Source: Polyangiaceae bacterium (lineage in GTDB: Bacteria > Myxococcota_A > Polyangia > Polyangiales > Polyangiaceae). Taken from it: a stretch of DNA of 13,566 bases. Under the pieces are notes generated by a model. That model was not told the DNA's origin and did not search any database. It saw only the letters and a program-made list of their open reading frames with translations. Shown here one piece after another: positions 1 through 8,609 of this stretch (positions within the stretch are counted from its first letter, which is position 1; every line of letters begins with the position of its first letter). The position numbers were made by a program, and so were the translations under genes. The DNA is taken from the NCBI GenBank assembly GCA_044222475.1, contig JBGANF010000182.1, forward strand, positions 1 through 13,566. Reading direction: 5' to 3'.

Positions 1-357
1 GTTGCCCCACGGGTCACCGCCGGTCTTGCGGTCGGCCCAGTACAGCTTGTTGCCTTCGATCCACGCGATGGTCGTCTCGTCCGGGGTGATCGAACCGAAG
101 TCCTGCTGGGCGTTGACGTCGACGAGCTTCGGCTTGATCCAGTTCGCCGTGGGGCTGCACACGCCGACGAACTGAGCGCCGCCGTCCACCGGGGGTGCGG
201 AGTCGGGCGTGCCCGAGTCCGGCTGTACCTGCGCGTCGTCGGTGCCGGTGTCGGGTTTCTCCGTCACGAGCGGCGGCGTGTACCCGCTGTCGGTGCACGC
301 GAGGAACGCGGCCGCGAGCCCGGCGATCGGCGCGAGGAGGAGGAGGCTACTGCGCAT
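1..357 (-). CDS. Putative lipoprotein, 3'-truncated by the window edge; possibly TolB/PD40-like beta-propeller
   Basis: Not in the ORF track. ATG at 357 overlaps the end of the upstream gene by 11 nt and the frame is open to position 1: MRSSLLLLAPIAGLAAAFLAC (lipobox FLAC), a D/P/T-rich linker (PDTGTDDAQVQPDSGTPDS), then SITPDETTIAW...LYWADR, resembling a propeller blade. Confidence 0.8.
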   Translation of the reverse strand, partial: MRSSLLLLAPIAGLAAAFLACTDSGYTPPLVTEKPDTGTDDAQVQPDSGTPDSAPPVDGGAQFVGVCSPTANWIKPKLVDVNAQQDFGSITPDETTIAWIEGNKLYWADRKTGGDPWGN

Positions 358-2434
358 CGACACAGTCGTAGGCCTGCCGCCACGCCGTCACGGTCGGGGC
401 GGAGTAGCCGTCGCTGGAGGGGTTGAGGGTCATCGTGATGCGGAGCCACGACTTCGAGTTCGCGTTGGGGAGCTTCGGCTCCACGTCGACGCCGGTCCAG
501 CTCGTGATCGGTGCGCCGGTGACCGTGGCGAGCGTGACCTTGGGCGCGGCGCCGAGAGCTCCTTGAGTGTCGGCTGTCGCGCCGGCGAACACGATGCTCG
601 AGTTCGACGGAGTCACGGTCTGGAAATCGAAGAAGTGCCAGCGGGGTCGCTGCTGGGTCGGACACACGCCCTCGTAGTCACGGGTGTAGACCGCGGGCGA
701 GAGGTACGGAGGCAGCGGCGGGGGCGGCGGCACGTCCGGCTGAACGCAGGACGACACGTCGAACAAGATGAACTCGAGCGCCTTCTCCTGCGCGCTCATG
801 TTGCTCGTGCAGCACCGATCGGGGATCGCCTTGTTCGAGTTGCAGATCGCGTCTGCCGCGACGTGGTAGTTCGAGTACGCGACGCGCCCGACCTGGTTGG
901 CCGGCGGTTGGCCGACCGGCGTGTTGAACGTCATCTGCTGCACGGTGTCGGCGGCGTTCTTCACCTTGTTGGTGCTCCAGCCGTAGATCCACTGCTGCGA
1001 GTTGGCCGTCGTCGACAGGATGTTCCAGCGCGACTCGTTGATCGAGACTTTGCCGGCGGTCACGCTGGCGCCGACGTTGACGAGCCACTGTTGGAACGCG
1101 AGGCCCTTGGGGAACGACGCATCGACGTACCCCGTCAGCGGGTCCGCGATGTTGAACTGGTTGGACGGGTTCTGCCAGTTCGCGATCGTCTTGAACGGCG
1201 CGACGCCGTTCCTCATCCAGGCGTAGCCGTAGTGGGTCGTGAACACGCGACCGCCGGCGGCCGTGTAGTCGACCAGGTTCTGGTCGTAGGCGGAGCTCTT
1301 GTCGTCCTCGAAGCCTTCGCAGGGCAGGAGCACGATGTTGTAGTCCTTCCAACGCGGGAGGCTCGAGTACAGGTTCGTGGCGGCGGTGTTGGTGCCAGAG
1401 ACCTTCGCGCCGTTGTCTTGGTAGACGTGGATGCGCGGCGTCGTCGCGTAGTTGTTGGTCAGATCGCTGCCGGCGCCGAACTCGGTCGCGTCGACGCCCA
1501 TCTTCACGAGCAGACACTCGAGCGGATCGGCGCTGCCGGTGGTGATGGCGATCTGCGGCATGTCGCCTTCGGACTTCTTCGCCGGTAGGCGCGTGTTCGC
1601 TGCCGCGACCGCCGTCGTCGTGCACGCCGTGACCGACGGAAGGGTGACTTGCCGGCGCCAGCGGCCGATCTGAACGACGAACGGGATGTTGTTGCCGCTG
1701 GGCACGCCGGTGAGGGTGAACTTGCCGTCCGGCCCGGTAGTGGTCGAGGTGACGGCGACGGCGTTGTTGTTCGTGCACTGGTCCGTCGACATGCCGTCGG
1801 GGAACGCAGGCAACGGCGCGTTCGGGATGAAGACCGTCGCGCCGTAGAGCGGGTTCTTCCCGGCGGGATCGTAGACGGTGCCGGTGAGGGTGGTGGAGCC
1901 GGCATCGCACTTCGCGACTTGGCACTGGAGGTTGACGCACGCGCCTGCATCTTGCGGCGTCGCGCCGTCGTACGCGCCGAGGGTGATGCCGGCCTCGGTG
2001 ATCATGAGCCCGCTGTCGGCCGCGGGCGTGACGCCGCCGCCGTTGTCTTCGATGTTGACGCACGCGGGGTTGCACGGGTTGTTCTTGCAGGGCGTCGGCG
2101 TGCCGAGCCCGAGGATGTGCGGTCCGCCGATCCCGACCGGCGCGGTGCTCTGGATGGTCGTCCCGCCGGCGTGCACGCACGCGCCCCATCGGCCGTCTGC
2201 GCCGCACGTGCGCTTGCCCATCGCGCACACGGCGGAGTCTTCGCGCTGCTCGACGAGGTCACCGCACAGCTCTTGCGTACCGGCGCCGTTGCAGGGGCAG
2301 CCGTCGCCGCCGAACGCGCACTGGTCCGCCGCGCCCCCGTCGTTCGAGGTCGAGCACCCACCAATCAACCACCCGCCCCCCAGTGTCGTGATCGACGCCA
2401 ACGCGAGCAGCAATGAGATCGGCCGGGCTCTCAT
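347..2434 (-). CDS. Large secreted Cys-rich (lipo)protein with a carboxypeptidase-regulatory-like (prealbumin-fold) domain
   Basis: 695 aa; GGAGG just upstream of the ATG; signal peptide ending WLIGGC; Cys-rich N-terminal modules; TTLTGTVYDPAG...LYGATVFIP...TTTGPDGKFTLTGVPSG pattern of CarboxypepD_reg-like domains; PPPPPLPP linker before a C-terminal beta domain; strong GC3 bias in this frame. Confidence 0.88.
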   Translation of the reverse strand: MRARPISLLLALASITTLGGGWLIGGCSTSNDGGAADQCAFGGDGCPCNGAGTQELCGDLVEQREDSAVCAMGKRTCGADGRWGACVHAGGTTIQSTAPVGIGGPHILGLGTPTPCKNNPCNPACVNIEDNGGGVTPAADSGLMITEAGITLGAYDGATPQDAGACVNLQCQVAKCDAGSTTLTGTVYDPAGKNPLYGATVFIPNAPLPAFPDGMSTDQCTNNNAVAVTSTTTGPDGKFTLTGVPSGNNIPFVVQIGRWRRQVTLPSVTACTTTAVAAANTRLPAKKSEGDMPQIAITTGSADPLECLLVKMGVDATEFGAGSDLTNNYATTPRIHVYQDNGAKVSGTNTAATNLYSSLPRWKDYNIVLLPCEGFEDDKSSAYDQNLVDYTAAGGRVFTTHYGYAWMRNGVAPFKTIANWQNPSNQFNIADPLTGYVDASFPKGLAFQQWLVNVGASVTAGKVSINESRWNILSTTANSQQWIYGWSTNKVKNAADTVQQMTFNTPVGQPPANQVGRVAYSNYHVAADAICNSNKAIPDRCCTSNMSAQEKALEFILFDVSSCVQPDVPPPPPLPPYLSPAVYTRDYEGVCPTQQRPRWHFFDFQTVTPSNSSIVFAGATADTQGALGAAPKVTLATVTGAPITSWTGVDVEPKLPNANSKSWLRITMTLNPSSDGYSAPTVTAWRQAYDCVDAQ

Positions 2435-2495
2435 GAACCTCCAGTCTGCAGTATGAATGCAAGAACCGTTTCAGTAAAAAATTCCAGGTAGGCCG

Positions 2496-2607
2496 TTCAG
2501 GTGGCACGGCTCCCCACACCTGAAATCATTGATGATTTGGACGGCTCGACCGGCTGATGGGGAGTCTCGCTTTGGGACGTGGAGGCCTGGCGGTTTCAAA
2601 CTGAAAC
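2496..2607. promoter_or_regulatory. AT-richer divergent intergenic region with three inverted repeats (candidate operators)
   Basis: TTCAGGTG(2496-2503)/CACCTGAA(2517-2524); AAATCAT-TG-ATGATTT (2523-2538); GTTTCA-AAC-TGAAAC (2593-2607). Confidence 0.45.
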
Positions 2608-2682
2608 ATGGCGCCGCTGGCAGCGAAGCGCGCGCCGTCTGGCGAAAGCGGGGAGCGCCTGTGCTATGCCTCCCGCCCCACC

Positions 2683-3819
2683 ATGACTCAGAACGCACCG
2701 GGCAACGCAGGGAACGCTGGCATCACTCTCACCGGCGGCGCCGCCATCCTCGCGCCGATCACCGCGTTTCCGAACGGCGTGCCGGGCAATGCGCTCGTGC
2801 TCATCCCGCTCGGGCCGAACGGCGCTCCGGTCGACAAGGACATCACGAAGGGTCCGGTCGCGCTGCAGATGGAGGAAGTGTGGAAGCTCCTCGGCTTCAA
2901 CGGCCCGGCGGTGCAGGTTCAGGACGATCAGGGTCGTCCGATCGCGATCGGCCTCGAGGATCTCCTCGGCGGTCTCGAGAAGCACTGGCAGGAGAACCAG
3001 GAAGACTCGATGCGCGGCCGGATCTACGCGCAGGAGCTCATGAAGTACAACCGCCACGAGAAGGCGGAGAAGGTTCTCGCGAAGCTCGTCGCGCTCGGCG
3101 GTGACGGCGAAGACTGGCTCGCGCTCGGCGTGACGCAGATCGCGCAAGAGAAGTGGGACAAGGCCGAAGCGACGCTGAAGGGCGCGCAGAACCTGATGAA
3201 GGAGAACCCGTTCCCGAGCCTCCACCTCGCGAAGGCGTACGCGGGGAAGAAGGATCTCAAGGCCGAGCGAGACGCGGTCGAGCGCGCGCTGCACATCGCG
3301 CCGAACTCGGTCGACGCGTGGGCGTACCTCACGAACAGCCTGCGCGAGGCGAACGGCGAAGACAAAGCCATCGCCGAGATCGAAGAGATGGCGAAGCTCC
3401 CGGCGAACGCGAAGACGGCCGCGCCGTACATTGCGCTCCAGGGCTTCTACGCCACGGACGAGAAGCAGCGCGACAAGGCGGTGGGCTTCGCGAAGAAGGC
3501 GGTCGAGCGTGCGCCGGAAGATCCGCTCGCGCTGCTTTGCCTCTCGGCGCTCTACGGACAGACGGGCAAGCTCGACGAGGTCGTGAAGCTCCTCGCCCCG
3601 CACGAGGCGATGATGCAGCGCGACGTTCGCCTGGCGAACAACTACTTCGAGGCGCTCTTCCAGGGCCGCGACATGGCGAAGGTCACCGCGCTCCTCAACA
3701 AGCTGGCGACGTCGCCGAACAAAGAAGTGAAGCAGTTCGCGATCGAGCGCTCGCGCGCGATCTCGCAGATGCTGGCTCAGCAGCAGCAGCAGCTCGCGGC
3801 GGCGGCCCAGAAGGCCTGA
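2683..3819 (+). CDS. Tetratricopeptide-repeat (TPR) protein
   Basis: Helical TPR-like repeats (DWLALGVTQIAQEKWDKAEATLKGA; AVERALHIAPNSVDAWAYL; AVERAPEDPLALLCLSALYGQTGKLDEVVKLL); strong GC3. Start placed at ATG 2683 rather than 2608, after an extended -10-like TGCTATGCC (2662-2670). Confidence 0.88.
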   Translation: MTQNAPGNAGNAGITLTGGAAILAPITAFPNGVPGNALVLIPLGPNGAPVDKDITKGPVALQMEEVWKLLGFNGPAVQVQDDQGRPIAIGLEDLLGGLEKHWQENQEDSMRGRIYAQELMKYNRHEKAEKVLAKLVALGGDGEDWLALGVTQIAQEKWDKAEATLKGAQNLMKENPFPSLHLAKAYAGKKDLKAERDAVERALHIAPNSVDAWAYLTNSLREANGEDKAIAEIEEMAKLPANAKTAAPYIALQGFYATDEKQRDKAVGFAKKAVERAPEDPLALLCLSALYGQTGKLDEVVKLLAPHEAMMQRDVRLANNYFEALFQGRDMAKVTALLNKLATSPNKEVKQFAIERSRAISQMLAQQQQQLAAAAQKA

Positions 3820-3883
3820 CGGCCCCGCGCGGGAAACCCCAATTCATCCCGCCATTTGGACCCGATCGTTAGCATGATCACGA

Positions 3884-3906
3884 TCGACCCCATCCCGAGG
3901 GGTCGA
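3884..3906. repeat. Hairpin TCGACCCC-N7-GGGGTCGA upstream of the HUH transposase
   Basis: Perfect 8-bp stem 3884-3891/3899-3906; no U-tract follows. Confidence 0.55.
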
Positions 3907-3934
3907 CCGGATTGTTAGCCGGCATGCGACTGTC

Positions 3935-3962
3935 TTGACCGCATGGGGTTGGGCCGTATGAT
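3935..3962 (+). promoter_or_regulatory. Sigma70-type promoter of the HUH transposase gene
   Basis: TTGACC (3935-3940), 16-nt spacer, TATGAT (3957-3962); each box matches consensus 5/6; 13 nt before the ATG at 3976. Confidence 0.6.
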
Positions 3963-3975
3963 TGCCTGAATCAAG

Positions 3976-4629
3976 ATGAAGAAGAGCAATTGGGGCGGAG
4001 CGCGCCCGGGCGCCGGTCGCAAGCCGGGGCCCATCCGGATGGTTCCTCATCGCGCGCGGCCGACCCATCGAGCGGCCCACCCCGTGCACGTCACGCTGCG
4101 CGCCCGCGCCGGACTGCCGTCATTTCGCGAGTCGGCCATCTTCGGCGCACTGCGAGACGCGATCGCCGCATCGGCACAATCCGCGATCCTCGGGAGCTCG
4201 TTTCGCATCCTGCACTTCTCGGTGCAGACGAATCACCTGCACCTCATCGTCGAGGCGACGGACGAAGCCGCGCTCTCGCGTGGCATGCGCGGCCTCGGGA
4301 CCCGTCTCGCGCGAGCGATCCACGGCGCCCTCCGGACGAAGGGTCGCGTCTGGGCCGAGCGCTATGACAGCCGCGCCCTTCGCAACCCGCGCGAGGTGCG
4401 CGCCGCGCTCGTCTACGTGTTGATGAACGCGAAGAAGCACGGAGCGCGCATCACCGGCATCGACCGGTTTTCGTCCGCGCCATGGTTCGATGGCTTCGTG
4501 GGCGCCACACCTTCGTCGTCGGGCTGCCCCACGGTCGCGCCGAAGACGTCGCTCGCTGCCACCGGCTGGCGAAAGCTCGGGCTCATCCGCTTGGACGAAC
4601 GGCCGGCTTCTTCGGAACCGAGCACGTAG
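3976..4629 (+). CDS. Y1 HUH tyrosine transposase, RAYT/IS200-like (Y1_Tnp)
   Basis: 217 aa; PVHVTLR, HUH motif in FSVQTNHLHLIVEA, VWAERY, candidate catalytic Tyr in YVLMN, and RFSS; basic N-terminal WGGARPGAGRKP. Confidence 0.85.
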   Translation: MKKSNWGGARPGAGRKPGPIRMVPHRARPTHRAAHPVHVTLRARAGLPSFRESAIFGALRDAIAASAQSAILGSSFRILHFSVQTNHLHLIVEATDEAALSRGMRGLGTRLARAIHGALRTKGRVWAERYDSRALRNPREVRAALVYVLMNAKKHGARITGIDRFSSAPWFDGFVGATPSSSGCPTVAPKTSLAATGWRKLGLIRLDERPASSEPST

Positions 4630-4813
4630 AGATCCCGAAGATCGAGTAGAGCGGACAGCTCCCGACGATCCCCGTCAGCAAGGGAATCGCGCCGAGCAGC
4701 GCCCACGCGCTGTGCGGGCCGACGAAGAACAGGCTCAGGATCCCGACACCGAGGACGACGCGGATGACGCGCTCGATCGGGTGTTCGTTGGTCCTCAAAA
4801 GGCGGGAAAGCAT
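4583..4813 (-). CDS. Small membrane protein, DUF2892/YgaP-like
   Basis: 76 aa from ATG 4813 with AAGGAG upstream; NEHPIERVIRVVLG...LLTGIVGSCPLYSIFGISTC matches the DUF2892 pattern (N..DR..R...G...TG....CP.Y...G..T). Confidence 0.85.
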   Translation of the reverse strand: MLSRLLRTNEHPIERVIRVVLGVGILSLFFVGPHSAWALLGAIPLLTGIVGSCPLYSIFGISTCSVPKKPAVRPSG

Positions 4814-4893
4814 GGCGAGCTCCTTTCTCTCGATCGGGTAGAGCCGCCCCAAAAGCAGGAGGGTTCGCGCAAAGGGTGCGTTACGCTCCCGGA

Positions 4894-7173
4894 GTGGACG
4901 AGCAGCCCACGGTCGTCGAACGTCATCACCCTGCGAGCGACCCCGACGGCGCCACCGAGCTCCGCTTCGGGAGGCGCTATCGGCCGCTCGCGCTGCTCGG
5001 GTCCGGCGGCATGGGGAGCGTTTACCTCGCGCGCGACGAAGAGCTCGACGAGCTCGTCGCGTTGAAGGTCATGCGGCCGGATCTCCTCGAGCGGCCCACG
5101 ATGCTCCAGCGCTTTCGCGACGAGGTGCGTCTCGCCCGCCTCGTGTCGAGCCCGTTCGTCGCGCGCACGCACGACCTCGCCGAGCACGAAGGCCGATGGT
5201 TCCTCACGATGCAGTACGTCGACGGCGAGACGCTCTCGACGAAGCTTCGTCGCGAAGGTCGTCTCCCGCTGCTCGACGTCGTTCGCATCGGATCGGACGT
5301 GTGCGAGGGCCTCTCCGCGGTCCACTCCGCCGGCGTCGTCCACCGCGACCTCAAACCGGGCAACGTGCTGATGTCGACCGCGGGCCGCGCCGTCATCACC
5401 GACTTCGGGATCGCGCTCCGCGCGGAGATCGTCCCCGACATCCAGGACGCGGGCCCGACGCACTTCGCCGCGACCGACGGATCCGGCACGATGGCCTACG
5501 CCGCGCCGGAGCAGCTCGCCGGTCACGCGCTCGACGTGCGCGCCGACGTCTTCGCGATGGGCGCGATGCTGTACGCGATGGCCACGGGCGAGAAGCCATT
5601 TCCCGCCGCGCGCACCGGCCTCGAGGCACCGCCGGATCCGCGCCGTGCGGTGGTCGACCTGCCCGACGGGTTCGCGACGATCGTGATGCGCGCGATGGCG
5701 CGCGACGCGCGCGAGCGATACGTCTCTGCCGACGCCGTCCGCACCGCGCTCGCCGCGCTTCGACCGTCCGAGCCCCACCCGCGGGACTCGTTGCTCCAGC
5801 GCTTCGTTCGCACGCTCGGCGCTCACGAAGCGCGGAGGATCCGCCTCGCCCCGCCGGATGCAGTCGACGGAGCGAACGCGCTCTTCGACGTGTCGCGCGG
5901 AGAGCTCCTCGCGCGGCTCCACGCGCGCGGCGTCGTTCGCCTCGCCGGGACCGACGAGCCCGCCGAGGCAGTGCTGCACGTGCGGATCGCCCACCGCGAC
6001 GACGACGTCGTCCTCGAGCTCGTGCTTCGCAGTCACGACGGGAACTACCAGTTCTGGGGGAAGACGCTGCGCGGCCCGCAGGCGACGTTGCCTCGGCTCC
6101 TCGAGAACGCCGCGCTCGAGATCGAGCGAGCCTTCCGCCCCACCGCCGCGAAGCCTCTCGTCGCGCCCGACGAGCTTCCTTCGGCCGAGGTCGCGCGTCT
6201 CTTCGTCGAGGGACGAGCGGAGTACCGCGCGTTCTGGGGCGGCCGCATCCAGCGGAGCGCCCAGCTCTTCGAGCAGGCGCGCGCGCTCGCGCCGGATCAT
6301 CCGCTCGTGCTCGCGTGGAGCGCTGCGGCCGAGAGTCGTCTCGGGTTCTTCGAAGAGGGCGACGGACGCGCCGACGCGCACGGCCTCGCGTTGCGCGCCG
6401 TCGATCTCGCGCCCCACCTCGCCGAAGCGCGGATCGCGCTCGCGAGCTCCCACATGCTCCACATGCGCCTCGTCGAGGCGGTGCCTCACTACGTGGAGGC
6501 GCTCGTGCTCGCACCGGGCCTCGCCGAGCAACGAGCGCACTTCGCGCGCGTGCTCCTCGAGCTCGGCGCCGAGTCCGTCGCGCTCGATCTCGCGGAGACC
6601 ACCTTCGAGAGCGACCCGACGTTCACCGAGGGGCTGGGCGTCATCATTCGCTACCACGGGCTGCGCGCGCGCATGGACCTCGCGGAGGCCACGTATCGTC
6701 GCGCCCCCCACGACACCATCGTGCAGACGCTGTACGCGCGCGCCTGCTTGGTCACCAGAGATCGTGAGCGCTTTCACGCCATGTACGAGCCTCTCGCCGG
6801 AATCGACATGGAACCGCAGCCGCGCCGCTACCTCGATGGGGTCGCCAATCTGTTCGCCGGGCGGCCGATGAACTACGCCGCGCCGCCCCGCTTCGTCGCC
6901 ACGCGCCGTCGTGCGTTCTTCGCCCAGATCGACGCCGAGGTGCACGCCTTCCGGGGCGACTGGCGCGCATGCATGGGTTCGCTGGAGGCCGCGTCCGAGA
7001 TGGGGCTCTTCGACGTCGTCTGGCTCGACCGCAACCCGCTCTTCGACGAGCTCCGCGGGACCGTGCGCTTCGAGGTCGTCCGACGGGCGAGCCACGAGCG
7101 AGCGCTCGCGGCGCTGATCGAGATCGAGCGCTGCTTGTCAGCTCACGCCGCTCACGCGGCGAAGCCGAAGTGA
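4894..7173 (+). CDS. Hanks-type Ser/Thr protein kinase with C-terminal TPR-like region
   Basis: LGSGGMGSVY, VALK, HRDLKPGN, DFG, GTMAYAAPE, DVFAMG motifs; C-terminal helical repeats (LFEQARALAPDHP; ALRAVDLAPHLAEARIAL). Start GTG at 4894 (6 nt after a TACGCT -10-like box, possibly leaderless) or 4876. Confidence 0.93.
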   Translation: MDEQPTVVERHHPASDPDGATELRFGRRYRPLALLGSGGMGSVYLARDEELDELVALKVMRPDLLERPTMLQRFRDEVRLARLVSSPFVARTHDLAEHEGRWFLTMQYVDGETLSTKLRREGRLPLLDVVRIGSDVCEGLSAVHSAGVVHRDLKPGNVLMSTAGRAVITDFGIALRAEIVPDIQDAGPTHFAATDGSGTMAYAAPEQLAGHALDVRADVFAMGAMLYAMATGEKPFPAARTGLEAPPDPRRAVVDLPDGFATIVMRAMARDARERYVSADAVRTALAALRPSEPHPRDSLLQRFVRTLGAHEARRIRLAPPDAVDGANALFDVSRGELLARLHARGVVRLAGTDEPAEAVLHVRIAHRDDDVVLELVLRSHDGNYQFWGKTLRGPQATLPRLLENAALEIERAFRPTAAKPLVAPDELPSAEVARLFVEGRAEYRAFWGGRIQRSAQLFEQARALAPDHPLVLAWSAAAESRLGFFEEGDGRADAHGLALRAVDLAPHLAEARIALASSHMLHMRLVEAVPHYVEALVLAPGLAEQRAHFARVLLELGAESVALDLAETTFESDPTFTEGLGVIIRYHGLRARMDLAEATYRRAPHDTIVQTLYARACLVTRDRERFHAMYEPLAGIDMEPQPRRYLDGVANLFAGRPMNYAAPPRFVATRRRAFFAQIDAEVHAFRGDWRACMGSLEAASEMGLFDVVWLDRNPLFDELRGTVRFEVVRRASHERALAALIEIERCLSAHAAHAAKPK

Positions 7174-7799
7174 GCCGTGGGTCGACCCCAGCTCGAGGAT
7201 CCCATTTTGGTACGACACGATCGTCAGTAGCTCGGGTGTGCCCTGGACGTCGACGACGAAGCCCTCGTCCACCCGCTGCGCGGTCGAGACCCAGGTGGTG
7301 CCGCTCGTGTGCACCTCGAGCCGCTCGCCGGTGACCACGACCTCGGCGTTGGTGAGGAGCCACGCGCGCGGGTCGGTGCTGTGGCTGTCGACGACGGACC
7401 AGGTGCCGTCGATCGAGATTCGCGGTGCGAGCGTCCTCGACCCGATCTCGTCGTGCTGCCACGCGGCGTACGCGCCGACCGTGACGGCGGCGATGACGAC
7501 CGCGAGCGCGAGCACCGGGCCGGCGCGAAACGGACGCCTCGGCGGAGCGGCGACGATCTCTTGCACCGGGGCGACCTCGAAGGGCTCCCCCTGAGCGTCG
7601 GCGATCTCGCGATCGGGCGATGCGTCGGCGAAGTCCGGCAACGCGTAGTCCACCATGTCGTCGTTTGTGCGACGACGAAGCGCGCGGGAGGCTCGGTCGA
7701 GCTCGTCTTCCGGATCTTCGAGTCCACCATGTCGTCGTTTGTGCGACGACGAAGCGCGCGGGAGGCTCGGTCGAGCTCGTCTTCCGGATCTTCGGTCAT
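7138..7799 (-). pseudogene. Single-pass membrane protein, sigma-less paralog of the 8650-9447 ECF fusion; frameshifted by a 74-bp duplication
   Basis: Removing one repeat copy gives a 195-aa ORF MTEDPEDELDRASRALRRRTNDDMVDYALP...VLALAVVIAAVTVGAYAAW (TM)...SIDGTWSVVDSHSTDPRAW...LRRVSGVS. An in-frame ATG at 7656 could give a shorter product. Confidence 0.75.
7647..7794. repeat. Perfect tandem duplication, 2 x 74 bp
   Basis: 7647-7720 is identical to 7721-7794 (agtccaccatgtcgtcgtttgtgcg...cttccggatcttcg), with no spacer. Confidence 0.95.
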
Positions 7800-7808
7800 G
7801 CCCCTCGG

Positions 7809-8609
7809 TTAGTACGCCGGAGGGGGGGTACTTGTTCCCGGCTCCCATAGCCACGGCATCTCTTTCGCCAGCGCGGTCGTGACCTCGGGGTACATGCCGT
7901 GGTCCTTCGCCGCGGCTTGCAGGTAGTGGACCTCGATTCCGACGTGCAAGAGCGCCTTCCGCGCCGCGGCGTACTGCGTCGGGCACCAGCCGAGCGTCGT
8001 GCACGCGAGGAGCACCCGCTTCACGCCTCGCCGCGCGATCACGGTGGGTACCCCCGCGAGGGCCAGCGATTCGTAGCCGCCTTCGACGAGCGCGAGCGCC
8101 GGCGCGGTGAGCGGGGTCTGCACCAGGAGCGCGATGACCTCGGCCGCGCCCATCGAGAAACCGGCGATGACCGGCGGGTCCCGAGCATCGACGAAGCCAG
8201 CGAACCGATTCCGCGCCTCCGCGATCGCGAGCTCGGTGTCGGCGTAGGTCTTCTTCGGCGCGTCGTAGTACAGGCCCGACTTGTCGCCGCGCGGACAGAC
8301 GATGAACGGAAACGCATTCGTCACCCCCCGCCACTCGCCGCACGACCACTCCGCGCGATCTTGGGCGCCATGAAACGCGAGCAGGATCGGACGCGCGGTG
8401 GTGGTGCCCTGCGGGATCGAGACCTTCGCGAGCTCGTGCGCATCGTCGCCGAGGGGCTCCAGCCACTCGTGCCCGGTCAGCGCCGGCGGTGCGGCATCGG
8501 GAACGACGGCGGGCTCGGGACGGATCGAAGGCTCGGTCGAGCCGTCGGGCACGGAAGGACGGCACGCGAGGATCGAGCCGAGCACGAGGAGCGAGAGTCG
8601 ATGATTCAT
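7809..8609 (-). CDS. Alpha/beta-hydrolase-fold lipoprotein (esterase-like)
   Basis: From ATG 8609: MNHRLSLLVLGSILAC (lipobox); PILLAFHG oxyanion region; VIAGFSMGA G-x-S-x-G nucleophile elbow; C-terminal His in KDHGMY. Confidence 0.85.
   Translation of the reverse strand: MNHRLSLLVLGSILACRPSVPDGSTEPSIRPEPAVVPDAAPPALTGHEWLEPLGDDAHELAKVSIPQGTTTARPILLAFHGAQDRAEWSCGEWRGVTNAFPFIVCPRGDKSGLYYDAPKKTYADTELAIAEARNRFAGFVDARDPPVIAGFSMGAAEVIALLVQTPLTAPALALVEGGYESLALAGVPTVIARRGVKRVLLACTTLGWCPTQYAAARKALLHVGIEVHYLQAAAKDHGMYPEVTTALAKEMPWLWEPGTSTPPPAY
7813..7838 (-). promoter_or_regulatory. Candidate ECF-type promoter GGAACA-N16-CGTA for the 7799 gene
   Basis: Minus strand GGAACA agtaccccccctccgg CGTA, inside the last codons of the hydrolase gene; fits the general ECF -35 AAC / -10 CGT pattern. 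Confidence 0.4.

Noticed and set aside
209..2456. Plus-strand ORFs 209-1588, 1649-2416, 1878-2456 and alternate minus frames
   Set aside because: R/A/G-rich shadow ORFs of the 695-aa gene, expected in high-GC DNA; no motifs.
2458..2516. Sigma54-like sites TGAAACGGTTCTTGCA (minus, 2473-2458) and TGGCACGG (plus, 2502-2509)
   Set aside because: The first lacks the near-invariant GG at -24; the second lacks a correctly spaced GC at -12.
3778..3792. (CAG)5 tract
   Set aside because: Short in-frame poly-Gln tail; no sign of phase variation.
3884..4629. Complete IS200/IS605 element or REP array
   Set aside because: No right-end hairpin, tnpB or repeated REP units could be identified.
4795..7095. 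766-aa minus-strand ORF and other long frames over the kinase
   Set aside because: Antisense or shifted-frame shadows of a clear kinase gene.
7647..7794. Repeat considered as a CRISPR array
   Set aside because: Only two abutting 74-bp copies, no spacer, no cas genes.
7138..8565. 475-aa ORF as one real protein
   Set aside because: Its first ~280 aa are an off-frame reading of the hydrolase gene and the duplicated segment; only the part from about 7720 down is the real coding frame.
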